DNA of 64,000 bases from Balanoglossus misakiensis (Eukaryota > Animalia > Hemichordata): the NCBI GenBank assembly GCA_040954595.2, contig CM082595.2, positions 4,015,943-4,079,942 on the forward strand, written 5' to 3'. A model generated the notes under the pieces. The model ran no database searches and was not told the DNA's origin. It worked only from the letters and a program-made list of their open reading frames with translations. Positions 24,690 through 37,528 of the stretch are shown in pieces. Each line of letters opens with the position of its first letter. Within the stretch, counting starts at the first letter, position 1. Made by a program: the position numbers and the translations under genes.

Positions 24690-27600
24690 CTTCGAATACA
24701 GAACTTTGGATAAAACTCTAAAATACACCATTTTCTTATGAACAGATGCTTGCTTCATATAGTGTGCGCTTGCGGAACAAATGACTCCATAGACACTTCA
24801 GGGTCTGTGATAACACCAACCATTGTATAGACTTGATGCCAGGGTCTATGCACCAACATATCCCGGTGGTGGTGACATTATGAACTTTTCACAGATGGAA
24901 ATGAACTTTTAATAAGCGACTGTGGAATTACACTCCAGAATAAGCTGTGGTATAATTTTTATACGTCGACACTGCAAGATAACGAAGAAAAAGAGATGGG
25001 CGCACATTTTGCATGTATCACAAATATCATCATTTCAATGTTTCGTACAATCTTCTGCATTTGCCATATCGTGTTCACTGTAGTTGAATTTTAACTCGCA
25101 TTCATACAAACACTCGCACATACCTCATTTTTCACGATTTTATTGTCCCCAGTGTTTTGCTAAAATGTGGAAACGTGCAAATGATTTGGGAACTCTGGTT
25201 TTTAACGTTTCCGTTACCCACTAAATAATTGCACTGATCAAGGAGAACCCCTGACACATTAACAAGGGTACTGCCCTTAACAAAACATCGTTCCTTTATC
25301 AGTCGCATGACAAAATACCTGTAGTTGTTTTTAGTCTACTGTTTGTTTTAGATGGACAGATTTCAGCATTAGATAGAGTTCGGTCAACAGCTATGAACAT
25401 TCATAGAAACGCTGTATGTATTGACACTCGCCAAATGGATGGGCATTTTCGTCAGAAAAATCTATTCTACAAAAAGTGACTTTGTGTGCACAACAAATGT
25501 GTACACTAACAATAAAATACACTTCTTGTAATATGGCTAGTAAGATTTGATGTTTGTGTGATCGGGAGTTGACCAGTCCAACCCTTTGTGTACTGGCCTG
25601 ACTGTTTGCCCTCGCCTGTCAGTCAATGGGTTGGACATAAGCTTGAGAGATTTGCTTTTTGTGGACTACAAAAAAATACAAATATTTCACTAATTAAAAA
25701 GCCAACCGGAGGTCCAATCTCTTTGCGCAGGAAACCGTGGAACAATACATATTGTTATGCACGTCATTATGTGATAATGAATGCATTATTGAGGGTTCAT
25801 ACATGTTCTGTCAAGCCTGGATCAAAAGCACTGCGGTCAATAGTAAAACACACTACCCTTGTGAATTTATCATGTTTATGTAACTCAGTCTCGCCAAATT
25901 AAAGTCGTCAAAAATCTTACTACCAAGGTCAGTACAGTGCAGTGCCGGCGAAGTAGGCCATTTTGGTCAGTAATTAGGCAGTGACGTCGCTCTTGTTGCG
26001 AACATTGCATATAAATATATACGCTGTTGCATGCACCACTGATTAGAGGCACGGACTACAATCACGCGAGCAGAACACACAGGAAACCATGACAACAACG
26101 AGTGATTGATTTCTACTCTTGGTCTTCCCGCACAAGTTATTTTCGTTCTCATCTGTGAATAGTTCTCTGGACGACATATCAACACGGGTCTTGATAAATT
26201 ACATACTGCTTGCCTCAGTCAAACACAGACCTTTTCTCAGGTCCACTCCGTTATCTCGTTAGCGCTATTTAAGATACACGATTAGCTGTACACAGTTACC
26301 GTGTAGCTACCAAAATGGCACAGCAGATAAAACGAACCTAATGTTTGACTGGAACGTGATCTCATCAGGCCAGAAATCAGATATTGTGATTGCGGTTTAA
26401 CTTCATTTGTTTGAAGGTGATGTAATACTCAACAGAACAGGAGTTGCTTGAAGGTGACCGTGCAATTTAAGCTTACAAGGCGATCTCAGCCAAAATTCAG
26501 ACTTTCAGACGAACTTTCAAACCAAATTTGTTCTCATACTGACACTGACTATAGAAAACACGTACCGATAACCCAAACCCCAAATGCCCGCATGCCTAAT
26601 TTTTCCTTTGTAAATTCACTCAATCCTAGAGTTGGGCCTATTCGAGTGATCTGCGTCGATGTGATCACAACAGAATATGTATTCATTGATCAGTTTATGA
26701 AGAACACGCAGGTGTCCCTATTCACAGCCTATGTCATCCATATTTCTAGTGCTCAAGGAAAGCACCACCCCTTCAAATAATCAATTTGCACTCTCATCGT
26801 GCATAGAGTTGCCACTTTATATATTCCCACAGCAAAGCGACACAACCCATCACACCAGATGCCACTTTCGACCTCATTGTTATTTTTTTATGTGCGGAGG
26901 TTATTAAACAGACACGTCATCTAAAAAAGGCAATCTACAAAACCATCCATCTTGTTGGTTTTGCATTTTTCCGAGAATTGGTCTGAACATTCTGAATTTG
27001 GATCAGTGTTGCTGCGTCAGTTGCCCTGACTCATATTACCGACGAAAACATCAATTCAATGCACCCACTGGCCTTATTATAGTAAAATTTGTTCTCCAAT
27101 CTGGGAGAAACCCTTTGGAAGATTGGATTAGGCAAGACAGATTTGATTTGGGTATTTAGCAATAGGTATTGACATTTAATTTATTGAGAGGTATAAATGA
27201 TTCAGTTTGGTCTAATTTGAAGATGCGAAACCGTTCTGCAAATGTGCACCGTGCAGACGGTCATATCTAGAGGAGATGACTCGAGGTATAGCTGGCGCCA
27301 GAGATAGCCAAAACATTCAATTCTGCAGTCTTTTTGTTGAGTTGGGGGCATTTTCTTTACTTGCCAGACAATTAACATACGTTTTATGGAAACACTACAG
27401 CCTGAAATTACTGAATACACATAGCTGGTTGTATATACATGTTATAAGGAACCTATATCGATATGCGACATATGTACGTTCAGCCAAACCAAAAAAAAAT
27501 CATTCCAAAAATAGACTCAGACAACACTATCACTAATACCCATATTATAACCAAAATATATTTTACTGGTATGAGTTTGACAATGTCAAATCGTGTGCGC

Positions 27601-27801
27601 GTATTACAGGGTATTTTAATATCCCCGGATCCGAATACTTAACCTTCCGGAGATAACCTTACACGCATGTCACGTGCGATCAATACCGTATCATAAATTA
27701 CAGTCGCTACCTTTTAATGAGTAACAGCTGCTGAGACGATTAAGTTAATGATAAACAGGTAGCTATCTATTTAGATTGTCAGATGCCTTCGAGGGGGGGA
27801 G

Positions 27802-27814
27802 AGATAGAGAGAGA

Positions 27815-27896
<82 letters not shown>
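27802..27896. repeat. (GT)n(GA)n compound microsatellite
   Basis: Direct reading. Confidence 0.95.
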
Positions 27897-27898
<2 letters not shown>

Positions 27899-29123
27899 TT
27901 GTAAAATGATTGCCTCTCACGATACGCTTACGCGATGAAGGTAATGATTTTGCTGTCATTTGATCTCGCGTGTGGGCGTCATGTTTTTACTTTAAAGCTC
28001 TTGTTCCCCTTTTCAGTCGAGAAAAAATTGAGATATATAGTCGATTGAAGTGAAGAACAGGATGTGCTTTGACGTGTACATCCTTGTCGATGTGTTTTTG
28101 ATCATGATAAATACATGCCACAACGTACCTTCAGCATCGTATAGTACACATGTGGGTGACAATATTGATTTTAATGCGCATTGCCTATGTTAATATAGTA
28201 AATATATTCAACTCGAAGCCCCAATAGCTGCCTTTGTTAAAATTTCTTTTCAGAACTCTGCTTTCGAACTTAGAATGGTCAATTTAAGTAATTTAATCAG
28301 TATTCTTGGCGCCACCATTGATCATACTGTAAAATTGACACTGCCAAGATTTTCTCCAACAATCGGTGGTAACAAATATTTGGTATTAAAATTAAGTGTA
28401 TCGCGTTATTGTAAGAGTATGCGGACATTTGATCTGCAGTGTCTGATGGAAATTGATTTTCAAGTGCAAGACCATTTGTTATATACAACATGCAATCACA
28501 CCGGAAGCTAAATCATCTTCTTCATATTGGATAAATCAACAAGATGGCTGTTGAATGAAACGTGAGTATGGTTCCAAGAGAAAAACTCGACAGTCACTGC
28601 ACAAGGAAACAGTTATCTCATGGGGGCGCCATACCACCAGACATATTTTGCAGCAACACAACGGCGAGTACCAAAGACGTTGAGCCCTCTACTGGCCATT
28701 TCTACAAGGCAGAGTTCTTGTCGTTGCGTGAACTTGCACAAATGACCCTTTGCGACATTTTCGACAACTATCACTTTCATTCTACGTGCGTTGGGACAAA
28801 AGGGCGTGAACTTGACTCCCGCCTTGACTGTTTGTACACGTGCAGGATTCTTCATTCGTAAAGGACTCGGTCACATGGTTCCTGTTGTTGAAAGAAGAAT
28901 GTTGTTGAGATGCACCCATGCAAAACCCATCACAACAACGACGAGCTGTCTTTCTCTCTCGAGTCTCTGGTCACATAGCATACATAGGAGACCCAAACAG
29001 CGATTGTAATACTAAGCGGAACAAAGTAATATCTAGTTTGTGACCAGCAGCCTAAGTGTGTCAACTACCCTGTATGCGACTTTGTAGAGATCATATATTC
29101 AATATCTGCCAATCTGAAGGAGC

Positions 29124-29131
29124 TATATATA
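29124..29131 (+). promoter_or_regulatory. Candidate TATA box of Sushi-mucin gene A
   Basis: TATATATA about 115 bp upstream of the signal-peptide ATG. Confidence 0.45.
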
Positions 29132-29243
29132 GCCATTGCACCTGCGAGTGAGTAGTGAACATTCCTGTTTGACTGCCTGTAGCCGCCACTGGGCACACCC
29201 TGTCCGATGAGAACCGTCCCCTGACTACCTGAGCTAAGACAAC

Positions 29244-31305
29244 ATGGCGCTTAGTAGAACACTGATCCGTCTGTTGATTTTAGAAGCAGGGATTTACTGT
29301 CTGGTCGAAGGTAGGTCTCCACCACAGCCTCTGGTCTCAAAAACCAGCGGCAGAAAATTTAGTTTACCGACACAATCAATGGACATGGCCGTAAACAAAG
29401 CAAACGACGTGTTCTGAAGCTTCCGCTTGTATGCAGGGCGCATTATAGTATCAGAGGGATTGCAATTACATTTGACAGTACCGTACTTTGCATGTGATTA
29501 CGGTCCATAGAGGGAATATTGTTTGAACAGAATGTCCTCAATCTTGTTTACAAGAGAATCTTGGCCTACTTGAAAGTGACCCACTTTACTTAGTCACATT
29601 GGTATTCTTGTAAGCACACTGGACATTTAGAGAGACAGACGCACATTCATACCACAGCTTCCACACTCCACTTTTAAATATACTTTTTGATATCTAGGAT
29701 GGAATTTTCAGTAAAGTGTTTTTGTTTCTATAATCATTTTCAGGGGGCTGCATTATGCCAGGTTTTCCTACAAATGTGGTTTGTTACGTCGGAGCGTCAG
29801 AAACATGCGATAATACCACCACCAATGTGAACGATGATCTTGGAAACAGCGATCAATTTGATGTCGTGTGTGACGATGGTTTTCTTCCGCAATATAGCGC
29901 TGGTTACACGTGTGTTAACCTTGGTACACCGGGACCTGGTTTCATAACCAGTCCTAGTTTAGGCAACGACGCCTGTCAACGTAAGTCTGCAAATTCTCAA
30001 CGCCAGCAATTATATTAAATTAAAACAAATCTATGGATGAGGTGTAGAAGACTAAGCTTATTATGTTATACGTAGACCATTATTGGAAATAAATATGTCA
30101 ATTTCCAAGGACAAGGTAGCAATAGTGTGGTCGATTTGCTGTTAGTGAACCAGATGGTACAATCGTACCGGACCTAATGCTCTAATTATGTCATGATTAA
30201 ATTGTGATCTCTTTCACACACCTCTTACCACACAAATAAAATCAACGTTTTCTTTTTTTCTTTTAGCTGCCTGTACGGACCCTGGCCACCCATACCTTGG
30301 TAGACGGACACCGGAACCAACAGATAGTGGTTACTACGCTGAAGGAGATGTTGTGGATTTTGAATGCGATGCTGGCACAACTCAATCAGGTTATACGTCA
30401 CTGACGTGTCAAGCAGACGGCGGTTGGTACCATGGTGTTGGTCTAATACCAGACAGTGAACTCCCTCCGGACACGTGTTACCGTGAGTTGTGCTGCTTTG
30501 CTAACATTTCGAATGTTTCATGTATACATCAATCTGGAATGACTTTTTTGGAAGGAGTGTGACATACTATTCATTGGTAATGTAATTTTGGTATGTTGTT
30601 ATTGGCTGCAGGCAACTGTCTGGACCCAGGAACCCCGGAGAATGGACGGAGACTATCAAATAACACAGACCACGGCGATAGCGTCACGTTTGCATGCGAC
30701 CAAGGCTTAAACTTGATCGGACCAGAAACAATTACATGTTACAACGGGACGTGGAGTGATGAAACACCAACGTGTGCAAGTAAGTTGTTTTTCAAACGGT
30801 CGTAGCTCTCGACAAGGAACCGGCGTGCTAAAACATATGATTTCATCACGTGATGTTTTTACAGTGATTCACACGGATGCTCTCTTTTATTTTCGTTTCA
30901 TCAGATGTCCTTATTAGTGGCGTGACAGTGTCTATTGCTCAGCCAGAAATGAACGGTGGTCAGGAAAATACAGTTTCGTTTTCGACGGATGTGACCAGCA
31001 GCTCTTTGGGAGCAGGGTTGAACGGTACAGATCTGTGGGAGCTTAATGTGTTCTTAAGGGACGGAACCATGGAGACAATACCTTTTACAGCAAACATTTC
31101 GCAGGGGGATGCGGATAAAGATCTTCCTGCTGGCGGAACGATACAGATTACTGTAACAAACCAAGTGGTCGACTTAGCAGGATTTACGTGCACAGCCTCG
31201 TCTGAACTCTGCGTTGAAATAAGCTCACCACAGTCTACACTACACGGAGTTCCAGATGACAGCTTCTTGACTGGGTGTGCCCAGATCACATGTGGTAATG
31301 ATGAC

Positions 31306-31371
<66 letters not shown>

Positions 31372-34300
31372 AAACATTGTGACTTTTTTATGTCCCTTTT
31401 GACACATTTAGAATTGTGGAAAAACGATATTTCGTTACACGTGAAAGTAATTATGTAACTCATTTTGCCAGTGATCACAATGCAATTTTCTATCTTGTCA
31501 CTTTTCTAACGAAACAATTATTTCATTTGTCCACTTCTTAGTATGTGTTAGGTGGACAGAAACCACCCCATATTACGTTGAGAAAGAATCGACAACAACA
31601 TTTCCGGTGGGAGTTGGTGAAAGTGTTGAATTAACATGTAATGGCACCGGAGCAGACAATGGCAGATCTCTGTTCGGAGGTACTTCAACAGAGTGTCAAG
31701 GAGATGGAACATGGCTACCGGCAATCGGGGATTTCTCGTGTTGGGGTGAGTGTCTTGAAAAAGTTTACTTAAACATATATGCACATTACTGCATGCAAAT
31801 AGACTCAATATGTAATTATAACATAGATTTCAAGAGGGTTATTATAAGCGATAACGCAACCGACTTTTTCAACGCTCAGCGGCTATTAGTGGAAACCACC
31901 GTTGTAAGTAAAGAATCTCAGATCGTGTGGCACTGATCACGACTATCCTAGAATCACATTTCAGTAAAAAAATGTTTGGTTTAAAAACTCTGCATTTTCC
32001 ATTACAGAAAACTGTCTCAACCCTGGTCCTCTCCAGAATGGAACTATAGAATGTCAAGATCCAGATCTCTGTTTTGCTCCTTTTTACATCATAACGCTTT
32101 CCTGTGATGAGGATTTTGCACTTGTCGATGGCGTGGCTGAGTACACATGTCAGTATAACGGTATATGGAATCCATACATTGATCTTGGGAATGGTCAACC
32201 AAGATGCCAAGGTGAGTTATGAGGAAACAAGCAAAGTAATGAGCACACGACTTAACATACATTTGCGTGTGTTCATGTTCGCCCCTGTTCTTCCATTCAA
32301 TTATACGATCACGAATTTCACAGTACAATCGGCCTCAAGTACAGTTAAATGAGACTAATTAGCAAAAGCCATATTAATAGAAAAGTACTTTTACACCTTT
32401 CCTTTGCTAATTTTGTGACTATGACATTATCATTTACAGTAGGTCAGTATGTTGAACACAATTCGATATAAACATTCATGTTACAGGATATTGTCCAGCC
32501 ATTCAATCTCCTACAAACGGACAAGCTTCGTCAGCTGACCCAGAATTACCCGGAACAACAGTAACATTTACATGTGACGAGTCGTATACGATGTTTGGTT
32601 CCTCATCAACGATTTGTCAAGAAGATTTAACATGGCAGCCTGACCTTCCTGTATGCTACGGTTAGTGCTAGTGGGATCAGGATACTTTTGTCCCACTTTA
32701 CTATGTCACATCAGAAGGTAGAATCAACATTAATTGTAGTGGAATTATTTGCATTTAAGAAAAGTTTCCAATGAATGATGTAATAAAACAAATGCTACTT
32801 AGTGCTATCTTGAGATAAATAGAACGCATCCTCCTGCTGTACGACAAAATCTTTGGTAATAAGTGGGTCATCCACTGTAAGTAGCCTATCGGAAGAAACT
32901 ATAAATGCACACATTCGATAAAAAAAATTATAATAACAAGAAACTTATAACATTCTGTTCCCAATTTCACGTCGTTTAGGATCATAAAAACCGTCCCTAT
33001 CAGAATAATGTACAATGTAGCAACTTCTGATAATGCTTATTGTTCATTGTAGGCAACTGCTTTGCTGACGACACGACAGGCTTGATATACATGGGTGGGG
33101 AAGAAATAAAGGATGAATTCATACATAATGAAATCGCCACATTATCATGCCAAGAAGGTCAGCCGTTGATAGGTGATAACTCTGCGCTGTGCTTCAATGG
33201 AACTTGGGAATACGAAGACGTTGAACCTTATTGTCCAGGTAGGTAGGCGAATGCCCACAGTGTGAAAAGGTTCCGTATGTAATTTTCTAGGCCTAATGCC
33301 TAAAAATTAGAATTTTAAACGGCATAAGAAAGCCACACGTAGAACTGATAATTGACAACTTTAGTAACAAAGTTGTGTGTGTTACATGGAGAATGTATTC
33401 GACAATGTTTATCTGTATATGACCACTTCAGGAAACACAGCCATTAAAACTACAACTGCAAAAACCACACAGCCACCTACAACACTCCCAGAAGCGACCA
33501 CTGGGGGTACAACATCTGCAAAAATTACAACATCGCCAATAACTACAGGTGCAACAACACAAGTTACTACAAGACCGGTTGTGACCACTGCAGCCGATAC
33601 AACCATTGGTAAAACAACTGCAAAAACCACACAGCCACCTACAACACTCCCAGAAGCGACCACTGGGGGTAAAACATCTGCAAAAATTACAACATCGCCA
33701 ATAACTACAGGTGCAACAACACAAGTTACTACAAGACCGGTTGTGACCACTGCAGCCGATAGAACCGTTGGTAAAACAACTGCAAAAACCACACAGCCAC
33801 CTACAACACTCCCAGAAGCGACCACTGGCGGTAAAACATCTGCAAAAATTACAACATCGCCAATAACTACAGGTGCAACAACACAAGTTACTACAAGACC
33901 GGTTGTGACCACTGCAGCCGATACAACCATTGGTAAAACAACTGCAAAAACCACACAGCCACCTACAACACTCCCAGAAGCGACCACTGGGGGTAAAACA
34001 TCTGCAAAAATTACAACATCGCCAATAACTACAGGTGCAACAACACAAGTTACTACAAGACCGGTTGTGACCACTGCAGCCGATAGAACCATTGGTAAAA
34101 CAACTGCAAAAACCACACAGCCACCTACAACACTCCCAGAAGCGACCACTGGGGGTACAACATCTGCAAAAATTACAACATCGCCAATAACTACAGGTGC
34201 AACAACACAAGTTACTACAAGACCGGTTGTGACCACTGCAGCCGATACAACCATTGGTAAAACAACTGCAAAAACCACACAGCCACCTACAACACTCCCA

Positions 34301-37300
34301 GAAGCGACCACTGGGGGTACAACATCTGCAAAAATTACAACATCGCCAATAACTACAGGTGCAACAACACAAGTTACTACAAGACCGGTTGTGACCACTG
34401 CAGCCGATAGAACCATTGGTAAAACAACTGCAAAAACCACACAGCCACCTACAACACTCCCAGAAGCGACCACTGGGGGTAAAACATCTGCAAAAATTAC
34501 AACATCGCCAATAACTACAGGTGCAACAACACAAGTTACTACAAGACCGGTTGTGACCACTGCAGCCGATACAACCATTGGTAAAACAACTGCAAAAACC
34601 ACACAGCCACCTACAACACTCCCAGAAGCGACCACTGGGGGTACAACATCTGCAAAAATTACAACATCGCCAATAACTACAGGTGCAACAACACAAGTTA
34701 CTACAAGACCGGTTGTGACCACTGCAGCCGATACAACCATTGGTAAAACAACTGCAAAAACCACACAGCCACCTACAACACTCCCAGAAGCGACCACTGG
34801 CGGTAAAACATCTGCAAAAATTACAACATCGCCAATAACTACAGGTGCAACAACACAAGTTACTACAAGACCGGTTGTGACCACTGCAGCCGATACAACC
34901 ATTGGTAAAACAACTGCAAAAACCACACAGCCACCTACAACACTCCCAGAAGCGACCACTGGGGGTACAACATCTGCAAAAATTACAACATCGCCAATAA
35001 CTACAGGTGCAACAACACAAGTTACTACAAGACCGGTTGTGACCACTGCAGCCGATACAACCATTGGTAAAACAACTGCACAAACCACACAGCCATCTAC
35101 AACAAGCCCAGAAGCGACCACTGGCGGCAAAATATCTGCAAAATCTACAGCAGGGCCTTCAGCTGCAGGTGCCACAACACAAGGTACTACTAGCCAAGTT
35201 GTGACAACCCAAGGTGGTACAACCATTCAAGCTACAACCAGACCAACCACACAACAGACTACTAGAACTCAACCTGTAACAACTCAAGGCAGTACAACCG
35301 CACAGACAGGTACAAAGCTCATCATCCAGTATGTGCAAACATGTAAGAAATATATTAGCCAACTGTGAACTCTGCAAATTACCGAATCCCTGAGTGTCGG
35401 GATGATTGTCCCATGGTAAATGTTCCCTCCGACATTTCTGGTCCACCAGTTACTTGTACTAACAGGCAAGTTACACAGGAAATAAAATTCCTGAATACAT
35501 CCATCCATTAATATTCGTTTCAGGAAACTGCTCTGCTCCCAGTAGTGCAACGCACTTGATATACAAACAAGGGACAATCATCAAGTATGTATTCGCTCAT
35601 GGAGAGTTTGCGTCCGTGTCTTGTGAGGAGGGATTCCTTTTAGTTGGCCCAGACTCGGTGCAGTGCATCAACGGTATTTGGGACGTCGAAAGTGACCCTT
35701 ATTGTAGAGGTAAGCGTTCACTGATGACCTAAAAAGCATGATGAATCATCGTGCACAGATACGGTTCTGTGACTTTTGGTGTCAGATTTTGACAATGTGG
35801 GGAGCGTCTTGGTGGTGCATGCACCTGTAGTGTACACACACACATTGGAGTCAGTGAAACTAAACCTAGTCTCAGACATGCCTTAACTAAAAACCGAGTA
35901 TTACCGGTCAACTGCAGGATCAATATGCAAAATGAATGTTTGAGTGAATTTCATGAACATTGGATAAAATATTTTTGTATCTTTTCAGTGGCTGGGCTAT
36001 CGTTCACAGAATGTCCCGAAGGACAGGCTTTAGAATACAATGTTTCAGCCGGTGGAAATACCGCCTACATTGACAGCTTACCTGTGCAAGCAGTCGACGG
36101 GGCAGGCCAACCTATAAGCTATGACCTTCAGGGCATAGATGTGACTATCCTAGGAATATTGGCCTTCAGTGACAAATCTCGTATAGGAATTCACGTGTAT
36201 GCCATCGCAGCCGCCGGAGATGAAGTCGCAGTTTGTCATTTTGTCATCAAAGTTGTGGGTAAGGAACACCCGAATCTTCTCCTCCACGAAGGTGGTTCAA
36301 ATTATGAATTCTTTGACGTTATAATTATGACAAGTCTTATTTCCATCATCGAAATTAATAGTATTACCAGTATACGAAAAATACGTGCCTCCTGAGTCGT
36401 TAAGTGGTTAAAATCATTATGGATTCTGCATTAACCATGATTGTGTTTCAATGGTGCAGAAGGACATATCTATATGCTTTATCTATATTCCCTTCATCAA
36501 CACAGATTATCAACCGCCGAGTGTGACCTGTCCCCAGGATATTCATAGGAGCATATATGAGGATAAGGTAGCCGTTGGCTGGAACCAGCCATTTGCTGAA
36601 GACAACGTGGACCTCTTACCTTTATTCGTGAGTCAACCAGATGGTAGCAATTTCTACGTTGGACAGCATGTTGTGACAGCGGTCGCCAGAGATTCGTCGG
36701 GCAATACAGCAACGTGTTCCTTCGCCGTCGTTGTTGAACACATGCAGTGTGAGTTTCACCATTCGATGGGTTTGATCTCTCTAAATGTTTGAGCTTTACC
36801 ATAGGAAACAATGGGTTTGGACTGGACCATCGTGGTGCAAGGGTTAATGCCCAAGTATCTAATGCCACAGGACCAGGTCTAAAGAAACAAACAGTAAAAA
36901 TGATACTTGCAACAGGGTCATCTTGAAGCAATGCTAAGAGAATAGATTTATGTACACTGGTCGTCTCCTTATGTATCTAGTGAACTATATGTTCGAGTTT
37001 GTTTTGGTGTGACTTTTTACCGCTTTACATTCTATACAGACCAGTGTATCAATCCGCCTGTACCAGAAAATGGCATCATGGTTTGTGGCAGAGGTTTTGA
37101 CGGTATCCAGAAATGTATATTGTACTGTGAGACTGGCTTTCAACCTTACAGAGGCCACGACGTTCTTGCGTGTGTTGCGGGGATGTGGTCACCCCCAAAG
37201 TCCCTTCGATGCGCTCGTGAGTATAAAATAGCGACTCTGAGGTTGCCATTTGTGGCTATGTATTTAACTAGATCATTCAAACGTTGACTTGATATGAAGT

Positions 37301-37528
37301 GTCCAATGAAATAATTTGTCTCTATCTCTCTCCAAACTAGGTAGAGCACCTGGCGCTGAGAATTCAGATCAGACAGTAGCGTTCGCTTTGGACAGTGGGT
37401 GTGATGTTGCGGGTAACGTGACCCCTGACCTGGCCGATGGAATCAAACAACAGCTGCAGGATGGAAACAGGTGTAACTCACGTGGCCTGTCTCTGTGCGA
37501 CGACGACGAGATTAGCTGGCTCTGTTGA
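29244..37528 (+). CDS. Secreted modular protein A: signal peptide, CCP/Sushi repeats, unassigned beta-rich domain, Thr-rich mucin, CCP, two HYR-like domains, CCP-like, Cys tail; 15 exons
   Basis: Phase-1 exons (approx.): 29244-29310 MALSRTLIRLLILEAGIYCLVE; 29744-29980; 30267-30482; 30612-30779 NCLDPGTPENG...GTWSDETPTC; 30906-31294; 31542-31745; 32008-32211; 32487-32660; 33053-33238; 33432-35309 mucin; 35524-35709; 35989-36258; 36506-36748 DYQPPSVTCP...ARDSSGNTATCSF (HYR); 37040-37216; 37341-37528 with TGA stop. No transmembrane segment seen. Confidence 0.82.
31298..31369. repeat. (GAT)n microsatellite at the start of an intron of gene A
   Basis: Begins a few bases after the G/GTAATG donor at 31294/31295; absent from paralog B. 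Confidence 0.9.
33450..35130 (+). repeat. Coding tandem repeat, 162-bp (54-aa) unit, about 10 copies plus a degenerate copy
   Basis: Unit TTAKTTQPPTTLPEATTGG(T/K)TSAKITTSPITTGATTQVTTRPVVTTAAD(T/R)TIGK. Confidence 0.97.
36798..36847. mobile_element. Partial copy of the piggyBac-like mini element
   Basis: CCATAGGAAACAATGGGTTTGGACTGGACCATCGTGGTGCAAGGGTTAA matches the right half of 13422-13514. Confidence 0.6.

Noticed and set aside
24700-29100. Short ORFs here and in 37600-42300 and 51100-56000
   Set aside because: No recognisable domains or consistent exon structure; treated as intergenic or intronic DNA, possibly with decayed repeats I cannot identify.
33409-35226. Long Val-rich and Cys-rich minus-strand ORFs
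   Set aside because: Stop-free antisense frames of the Thr-codon mucin repeat; splice context supports the plus strand.
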